From a virus (lineage: Duplodnaviria; Heunggongvirae; Uroviricota; Caudoviricetes), in IMG/VR virus record IMGVR_UViG_3300031992_000063, positions 22,390 through 86,389 of that record: a stretch of DNA of 64,000 nucleotides; one strand, written 5' to 3'. Made by a program: the position numbers and the translations under genes. Below are positions 57,965 through 64,000 of the stretch, piece by piece. The notes beneath the pieces were generated by a model. That model had not been told where the DNA came from and searched no databases. It was given only the letters and a program-made list of their open reading frames with translations. Each line of letters begins with the position of its first letter. The first letter of the stretch is position 1.

Positions 57965-58180
57965 ATGGATAAAAAAATCATAAATTATAATGTACTAGTT
58001 CGTAATGGTATGGGATGTATGAATAGACATATTCTCGAACAAAATGCTGAATATACTATTGCATATTGTACTTTACATAATAAAGAAATTAGTCAACATG
58101 GTTATGATTGTATGTCGTGTGAATATAATCCGTATTATAAAAATAAAAATATACTTAAAGGAGGCGACAGAGATGACTGA
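57965..58180 (+). CDS. Cys-rich zinc-finger protein (71 aa)
   Basis: CMNRH...CTLH...CMSCEY. Confidence 0.45.
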   Translation: MDKKIINYNVLVRNGMGCMNRHILEQNAEYTIAYCTLHNKEISQHGYDCMSCEYNPYYKNKNILKGGDRDD

Positions 58181-59339
58181 CAAAGCACAGCAAGCGTTAG
58201 AGAGTATTAAGAAAAATTTTTCAAATGCCTCTTTTACATTAAAAGATTTAAATGAGAAAAGCCAAGAACAATATTTTAGTGCTTCTTTAACTTCTTTAGT
58301 AAAAGAACATTATTTACTAAAACTTAATACTAAACCAGTAAAATATCAATTATCGAATATAAATATTGATGTTAGTGATAAATTTCTAGAAAAAGAAAAA
58401 GAAAAAGAAAAAGAAAAAGAAAAAGAAAAAGAAAAAGAAAAGGAAAAAGAAAAAGAAAAACCTATAAATAAATATCCAATTAATATATAGCTATTACATG
58501 GAGATAGTAGAATAGAATTACAACAAATTGCAAACAATTCAATAGATTGTGTTATAACAGATCCTCCATATTTTATTGATGGTATGGGTGATAACTGGCA
58601 AGTAGATAAATTAAAAGAAAAAGCTAGTAAGGCAAATGTAGTACAGTCAATGCCAGTTGGAATGAAATTTGATCCGAAACAAGGTATTGAATTACAGAAA
58701 TTTATGGAAGTAATTTCAAAAGAAATATATCGTATTTTAAAACCTGGCGGATTCTATATTAGTTTTTCTCAAGCACGATTATATCATAGAATGGCAATGG
58801 CAGTAGAAAATTGCGGATTTGAAATAAGGGATATGCTTATTTGGAAACGAGAAGGACAAGCAAAAGCATTTTCACAAAATCATTTTGTACATAAAATGAA
58901 TATTTCAGAAGAAGAAAAAGAAAAAATAATAACTTCTCTAGGAGATAGAAAAACACCGCAATTAAAGCCTCAAATTGAACCAATGGTACTAGCTCAAAAG
59001 CCAAAAGAAGGTACATTTGTACAAAATTGGTTAAAATATAATATTGGATTAATAGATACTACTCAATCTCTTGATGGAATGTTTCCTGGGAATGTAATGG
59101 AAGTACCAAAAGAAAAAAATGCAGTTGCTCATTTTACAGTAAAACCAGTTAAATTAATAGAGCATTTAATTAAAATCTTTTCTCCAGAGGGCGCGATAAT
59201 TTGTGATCCATTTTTAGGAAGTGGAACTACTGGAATAGCTTGCATACATACTAATCGTAATTTTATTGGAATTGAATTAAATGATGAATATTTTTCATTA
59301 GCAAAAGAAAGGATCGAAAAAGAGAATGGAACTAATTGA
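58173..59339 (+). CDS. DNA methyltransferase (DPPY-type N6-A/N4-C) fused through a sense TAG to an N-terminal domain carrying an (EK)13 repeat; about 388 aa
   Basis: RBS GGAGG followed by ATG 58173 ...(EK)n...PINI(TAG)LLHGDSRIELQQIANNSIDCVITDPPYF... (MTase N-terminal signature and motif IV) ...ICDPFLGSGTTGIAC (motif I). ORF 58584..59339 is in the same frame. No independent start codon lies between the TAG and the DPPY motif. Confidence 0.6.
58389..58458 (+). repeat. Hexanucleotide tandem repeat (GAAAAA/AAAGAA)x12 encoding (EK)n
   Basis: gaaaaagaaaaagaaaaa... inside the methyltransferase fusion gene. Confidence 0.7.
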
Positions 59340-60039
59340 TAAATATATTCCATTAACAAAAGAAGAAATAATCAATGATTACATAAAAATTAAAGAATAT
59401 CATCAAAAATATCTTCAATCTTATGGAATTATTATGCCAGCTGAAAATACTAATGCGGCATATCAATTGATATATTTATATCATTTTTTAGGAAAAGCAA
59501 TTCATAAAGATGTTATATCTAATTTTGTATTATCACAAAATCCTAAAGCAAGCGGAGATCAGCAGGTTCGCCATCTTGGTGCACAAAAAGGTTATTGTGT
59601 GATTTATAATGGAGAAGTGTATAATGGAGAAAAGGTAAAAAAAGGATATTATTGTTTATTTACTTTAGAAAAACCAAATCCAGCTTGGATTAACAAGCAA
59701 GAAGCTAGAGCCATTTCAATTACTACAGATGACTTTGAATTACTAAAAAAGAATTACAATAATTGTTGTGCTACTTGTGGAGCAAAAGAAGGGTCTATTC
59801 ATAGATATAGTGGTCAAAAAGTTAAATTACAAAAAGGACATTGTAATCCAAATTTACCTTTAAAAAGTGGTAATATTATTCCACAATGTCAATATTGTAA
59901 TCAAAATATATATAAAGATGATTTTATTTTTACATTAGAAGGACGACCACAAAGTATTAATAATCCGAAATATATTTTGAAAAGCTCAGAAAAAGTACAA
60001 CTGGCAATGTATGAAATTTTAAAAGAAAAATTTCAATAA
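59326..60039 (+). CDS. Putative restriction endonuclease partner of the methyltransferase (237 aa), Cys4 zinc motif
   Basis: Overlaps the methyltransferase stop. CCATCGAK...HC...CQYCN. Confidence 0.4.
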   Translation: MELIDKYIPLTKEEIINDYIKIKEYHQKYLQSYGIIMPAENTNAAYQLIYLYHFLGKAIHKDVISNFVLSQNPKASGDQQVRHLGAQKGYCVIYNGEVYNGEKVKKGYYCLFTLEKPNPAWINKQEARAISITTDDFELLKKNYNNCCATCGAKEGSIHRYSGQKVKLQKGHCNPNLPLKSGNIIPQCQYCNQNIYKDDFIFTLEGRPQSINNPKYILKSSEKVQLAMYEILKEKFQ

Positions 60040-60068
60040 TTGACAATTCTTCAAATTCATGATATAAT
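60040..60068 (+). promoter_or_regulatory. Consensus promoter (TTGACA-17-TGaTATAAT)
   Basis: Promoter family member. Confidence 0.55.
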
Positions 60069-60094
60069 AAAGTATAAAGAAAAGGAGTGAGATA

Positions 60095-62164
60095 ATGATT
60101 AAAAATGTAGACTTTCAACGCACCATTGAGGATGCATTCTTAAAGTATGGCGCATCAATTGCGCAAGAGAGGTCTTTACCTGATGTAAGAGATATGCTGA
60201 AAATTGGTTTGCGGCAGGGTCTATACGCACAATTTACCAACAAACTCACTCATAAAGATAAGTTCCAGAAGGCGCAGAAGAGCGTCGCTGCGGCAATGTC
60301 GCAATCATATGTTCACGGCGATGTAGCAATGTACGACGCTCTTATTCGCGCCGCTCGTCCTTGGTCAAGCCGCTACCCATTGGAAGATGTCCAAGGCAGC
60401 TACGGCAATCCCTCATCTCCAGATAGTCATGCTGCCGCCCGTTATGTTGAAATGAAGTCTGGCGAAATCGCTGATTATATGTTTAACGGGCTAAAGAAAA
60501 ATGCTATCACCGAATGGTATGACAACTATGATAGTACAGAACAAATTCCATCTGTATTTCCTTCTATTGGATATTGGAATATTGTTAATGGATGTCAGGG
60601 CATTGCGGTTGCTATGGCAACTTCCGTTCCTCAGTTTAACCTCAAAGAAGTGAATGATGCGTTAATTAAAATTATTAAAAATCCAGACGTATCATTTAAT
60701 GAAATTTATTGTGCCCCAGACTTCGCAACTGGCGGCCTTATCACTAATGCGGATGAAGTTAAGGAAAGCTTAAAGAATGGAAAAGGAAAATCTATTCGTT
60801 TGCGCGCAAAGATGACATATCTCCCAAAGGAACATGCGCTTCAAGCAACTGAGCTTCCATATGGTGTATTTACGAATACAGTAATGGACCAACTTGCTTC
60901 ACTAGTAAATGATAATCCAGAATATGGCATTGATAAAGTTATTGATTATACCAAGCAGGAAGCAGATATTCGTATCTATCTTTCTAAGGGACAAAATCCT
61001 GATAAAATGATTGCGAAACTTTATCATGATACCATGCTAGAAAATCATTATTCTATCAATATGATTTTGCTAGATAAAGGTCGTTTTCCAAAGGTATTTG
61101 GATGGCGCGATGCATGTGATGCTTATATTACACATATCCGTAATTGTAAGCGTAACATGATCCAGTTTGACTTGGATAAAGCACTCGCGCGCGAAAATAT
61201 CGTCAATGGATTGCTTTTAGCAGTGGCAAATATTGATGATATTGTTGCTATTATTCGTGCTTCCGAAAGTCCGAAAGAAGCCGCGGAAGCGCTTATAGCT
61301 AAATATAAGTTTAACAAGCCACAAGTTGAAGCTATTCTCGCTATGAAGCTATCGGCCCTAACAAGAATTGACGGCGTAAAATTAAATGAAGAACTGGAAG
61401 AACTTGTTAAATTTATTGCGGAATGTAGATACATATTAAATGAACCTGCCGCGTTAGATGAAAAATTGATTGAGGCATTGAATAATGTTTCGCAGAAATT
61501 TGGTGATGCTCGTAGAACAAGAGTAGAGAATATTCTTGGAGACGAAGAAGAACCAGAAGAAATTAAAGAAGAAGATGTTATTGTTCTTCAGAATGGTAAT
61601 AATATCAAGATAATTAAAAAAGGTGAAAAGTGCGGAAAGGCACAAGATGCTTTTTATAGTACAAACCTAGGGTCTTTGATATTAATTACTGACGCTGGGA
61701 AAATGTATAGTGAAACAATTCATAAAATTAAATATAATCAAGTAGTAAAACTTACAGATATATTCCCAATTGGCGCCGAAAAGCCTCTTCTTCTAATTGA
61801 TAGTCGTACATTTAATGCCTTCCAATCTATAACTTGTGTAACGAAAAATGGGTTTATTAAAAAGAGTCATACCTCTGAGTATCTTACTCGCGCAAAGAAG
61901 GGCATCGGAGTTATTAAACTAGATGATGACGCGCTAGTATCTGTTATCCTTAGTAGCGATGATGATGATAAAGTAGTTGTTGTAAGTAATACCGATTATT
62001 ATAATTGCTATTCATTGTCAGAAATTGGATACACTGGGCGTATGACAAAAGGCGTAAAAGCAATTAAACTAGATAAAGATGGTTATGTAAAACAGGCTTT
62101 CTGGACTGGTGATAATAAATATAAAATTACTGGAAGAGCAGTAAAAGGAGTAAAAAATGGATAA
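60095..62164 (+). CDS. Type II DNA topoisomerase, DNA breakage-reunion subunit (GyrA/ParC-like; T4 gp52-like), 689 aa
   Basis: ...YVHGDVAMYDALIRAARPWSSRYPL... matches the GyrA HPHGDxAxYxxxVRMAQ region. Confidence 0.75.
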   Translation: MIKNVDFQRTIEDAFLKYGASIAQERSLPDVRDMLKIGLRQGLYAQFTNKLTHKDKFQKAQKSVAAAMSQSYVHGDVAMYDALIRAARPWSSRYPLEDVQGSYGNPSSPDSHAAARYVEMKSGEIADYMFNGLKKNAITEWYDNYDSTEQIPSVFPSIGYWNIVNGCQGIAVAMATSVPQFNLKEVNDALIKIIKNPDVSFNEIYCAPDFATGGLITNADEVKESLKNGKGKSIRLRAKMTYLPKEHALQATELPYGVFTNTVMDQLASLVNDNPEYGIDKVIDYTKQEADIRIYLSKGQNPDKMIAKLYHDTMLENHYSINMILLDKGRFPKVFGWRDACDAYITHIRNCKRNMIQFDLDKALARENIVNGLLLAVANIDDIVAIIRASESPKEAAEALIAKYKFNKPQVEAILAMKLSALTRIDGVKLNEELEELVKFIAECRYILNEPAALDEKLIEALNNVSQKFGDARRTRVENILGDEEEPEEIKEEDVIVLQNGNNIKIIKKGEKCGKAQDAFYSTNLGSLILITDAGKMYSETIHKIKYNQVVKLTDIFPIGAEKPLLLIDSRTFNAFQSITCVTKNGFIKKSHTSEYLTRAKKGIGVIKLDDDALVSVILSSDDDDKVVVVSNTDYYNCYSLSEIGYTGRMTKGVKAIKLDKDGYVKQAFWTGDNKYKITGRAVKGVKNG

Positions 62165-62534
62165 AAGATACGTGGAACTGTTTAAGGAGCTCGCCAAGGC
62201 CACTGCCGTATCGGCAGAACAGGTAATGGATTATGATAGAGCTAAGAACGATGAAGAAGGGCTGAAAACCGCACAGACAATGCGCGATGATTATAACGCT
62301 CTTCACGATAAAATTAATGATGGTTCAGAACTTGATAAAGCTGATTTTGCTAAGCTACTAGTTGGCGCAATGATTATTGTAAATCAGATTCAGGACCGTC
62401 TTGCTACTTTACAGAAGGCAATGTCTGGTTATCAGACTGACCTTGTCCCCAAGCTTAATAAAATTATTGAAGCTGAAACTGAGGATGAGGTAAAGAAAAT
62501 CGCAATTGAAGAGTTTAGTATTAAGGAAGATTAA
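62157..62534 (+). CDS. Hypothetical coiled-coil protein (125 aa)
   Basis: ORF track entry. Confidence 0.5.
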   Translation: MDKRYVELFKELAKATAVSAEQVMDYDRAKNDEEGLKTAQTMRDDYNALHDKINDGSELDKADFAKLLVGAMIIVNQIQDRLATLQKAMSGYQTDLVPKLNKIIEAETEDEVKKIAIEEFSIKED

Positions 62535-62537
62535 TAC

Positions 62538-62566
62538 TTGACTTTTTAAGAAATTTATTATATAAT
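62538..62566 (+). promoter_or_regulatory. Consensus promoter (TTGACT-17-TATAAT)
   Basis: Promoter family member. Confidence 0.55.
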
Positions 62567-62614
62567 AATTACAGAACAAAGGGGAAACCCGAGAAAAAAA
62601 AAGGAGAAGAAAAA

Positions 62615-62980
62615 ATGACAGTAAATTCAGAAAAGGTACTCAATTACATGAAGGAACATTATGGCGAAGAACTCACAAAGAAGGGCATTGCGGAAGCACT
62701 AGATGTGCCATTTGCGTCTGTAACAGGCTCAATGAATGCTCTTATTAAGAATGGTTATGCGGTAACAACTCGTAAGGAAACTGTTGAGGATGCTCCCGCA
62801 ACGGAAACTCGCAAGGCTAAGACCCACGATGTACTATATCATATGCTTACAGAAGCAGGTCTAGCTTATGACCCAGTGGCTGAGGAAGCTCGTAAGGTAG
62901 CTGAGAAGGAAGCCGCAAAGGCAGCTCGTGCCGCAGAACGTGCCGCTAAGAAGGCTGCTAAGGAAGCCGCCGCAGAATAA
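62615..62980 (+). CDS. Histone-like DNA-binding protein with Ala/Lys-rich C-terminal tail (121 aa)
   Basis: ...AEKEAAKAARAAERAAKKAAKEAAAE. Confidence 0.45.
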   Translation: MTVNSEKVLNYMKEHYGEELTKKGIAEALDVPFASVTGSMNALIKNGYAVTTRKETVEDAPATETRKAKTHDVLYHMLTEAGLAYDPVAEEARKVAEKEAAKAARAAERAAKKAAKEAAAE

Positions 62981-63021
62981 TTTTAAATTAAAATAAAGAA
63001 AAGAAAAAGGAGTAAAGTAAA

Positions 63022-63918
63022 ATGAAAAGTATTGGTATTCAGTCAAAGAATCAGATGAATCTAGTTGGTAAGCTTCTAAATGTTGATTTTGGAGAGGGCA
63101 AGCTCTCTGATGGTCGTGAATATAAGCGCGCGACCGTAACAATTCGTGTAACTCAGCCAGTTGATGGTAAGGAAGAGACAAGCGAAATTCCGGTAGGTTT
63201 CTTCGCTACACCTTATACTTCTACTGGTAAGCAGAATCCGGCTTACAAGTCTCTTCTAGACCTACAGAATCTGAAGACGGCACAGAATGTTGGTATTGAT
63301 GCCGCAGACCAGGTTCGTATTACAAGTGGCGTTCTAAGTGAAAATAACTTTGTATCTCGTAGCGGTAATCTTATTACCGGTTGGCAGATTCGCGGTTCTT
63401 TCATTAATGCCGCAAAGATGGCAGATATTGCCTCATTTGTAACTGAAATTTTCATCATTGATATGCATGATGAAGAGGATAGAAATGGTGAACCTACTGG
63501 TCGTCTCGTAGTTCGCGGCGGCGTGGTTCAGTATAATAGCAAGCTAGATGTTATTGACTTTATTGTTGAAGCACCTGACAAGGTTGAATTTATTTCTCGT
63601 AATTGGGAAAATGGTACAACTGTTACAGTTAAGGGTCGTGTTCGTGTAACTTCTCATGAGACTGAAAGTTCTAGTGAGAGCAGTAGCTGGGGCGAAGATA
63701 TTCCCGATACCACGACTACTTTCGTTCGTGAGCTAATTATCACTGGTGGCGACGATGGTCCTAAGGATGAGGAATTTAGTTATGACCCTGCGGAAATCAA
63801 GAAGGCATTCAATCAGCGTAAGGCTGCGATTGAGCAGATGCAGATTGATGCTCGTGCTCGTACGAGCAAGCAGGGTGGTAGTAACCAGACTAGCGCAAAG
63901 AAGTATGATTGGGAGTAA
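63022..63918 (+). CDS. Single-stranded DNA-binding protein-like (OB folds, acidic C-terminus), 298 aa
   Basis: Acidic tail ...DDGPKDEEFSYDP. Placed next to replication genes. Confidence 0.45.
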   Translation: MKSIGIQSKNQMNLVGKLLNVDFGEGKLSDGREYKRATVTIRVTQPVDGKEETSEIPVGFFATPYTSTGKQNPAYKSLLDLQNLKTAQNVGIDAADQVRITSGVLSENNFVSRSGNLITGWQIRGSFINAAKMADIASFVTEIFIIDMHDEEDRNGEPTGRLVVRGGVVQYNSKLDVIDFIVEAPDKVEFISRNWENGTTVTVKGRVRVTSHETESSSESSSWGEDIPDTTTTFVRELIITGGDDGPKDEEFSYDPAEIKKAFNQRKAAIEQMQIDARARTSKQGGSNQTSAKKYDWE

Positions 63919-63959
63919 GGCGTAAGCCTTACCCCACTCTTTTAAGAGGTGAGATTAAA

Positions 63960-64000
63960 TGGCAGAAATTGATATCTTCTCTTTGGAACCTTCTAAGATT
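63960..64000 (+). CDS. 5' end of the next gene (MAEIDIFSLEPSKI...), truncated by the window
   Basis: ATG 63960 after a hairpin. Confidence 0.3.

Noticed and set aside
58389-58458. (GAAAAA)n tract as a non-coding microsatellite or CRISPR-like repeat.
   Set aside because: It is a multiple of 3 and sits inside a continuous reading frame that encodes (EK)13 within the methyltransferase fusion. It is a coding simple-sequence repeat.
945-59359. Minus-strand ORFs from the six-frame track (for example 945..1172, 1878..2201, 2469..2855, 11987..12641, 17571..17941, 18226..18596, 23360..23947, 35553..35981, 44911..45429, 61123..61645).
   Set aside because: Each lies antisense within a stronger + strand gene or inside tRNA or ncRNA regions. 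They have low-complexity or biased translations and no RBS. Every supported gene in the window is on the + strand, so these are treated as spurious.

Overview
This 64-kb window is a bacteriophage genome segment with every gene on the + strand. Strong AGGAGG ribosome-binding sites, sigma-A-type promoters, XkdX-like and CBM5/12 proteins and GIY-YIG endonucleases suggest a Firmicutes-type virulent phage.

Contents:
- **1-13.5 kb:** a tail-fibre and receptor-binding gene block.
- **13.8-16.5 kb:** a radical-SAM/SPASM gene, a tRNA with a CUA anticodon, a GIY-YIG endonuclease and a tRNA-Gly.
- **17.2-26.4 kb:** an expanded tRNA array of about 20 tRNA genes, some of them unusual, embedded in more than 4 kb of structured non-coding sequence.
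- **26.6-64 kb:** a standard-code early region. It carries RNA-repair genes (P-loop kinase, metallophosphoesterase, RNA ligase with a tRNA-binding domain, DUF2828/vWA protein), RNase H, DNA ligase, ClpP, PhoH2, two nucleoside deoxyribosyltransferases, a dNMP kinase, a nucleobase permease, a replication initiator followed by an iteron origin, an SSB, and T4-like topoisomerase II subunits.

The central observation is that TAG is used as a sense codon. The tail-fibre genes are continuous reading frames interrupted only by TAG, never by TAA or TGA. The same is true of the rSAM gene, both TAG-containing GIY-YIG endonucleases, PhoH2, a methyltransferase fusion, a TAG-rich 650-aa ORF and several small genes. 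Most early-region genes contain no TAG at all, and none of the gene ends I checked (about 25) terminates on TAG. A candidate amber-suppressor tRNA (anticodon CUA) sits at about 15606-15694 and has an unusual architecture. The window also carries about 23 copies of one near-perfect TTGACT-17-TGnTATAAT promoter. Between the two topoisomerase II subunit genes lies an AT-rich mobile island with two GIY-YIG genes and a restriction-modification pair.

Coordinates taken from the ORF track are exact. Coordinates I derived by hand for RNA genes, promoters and hairpins are within about 3 nt.
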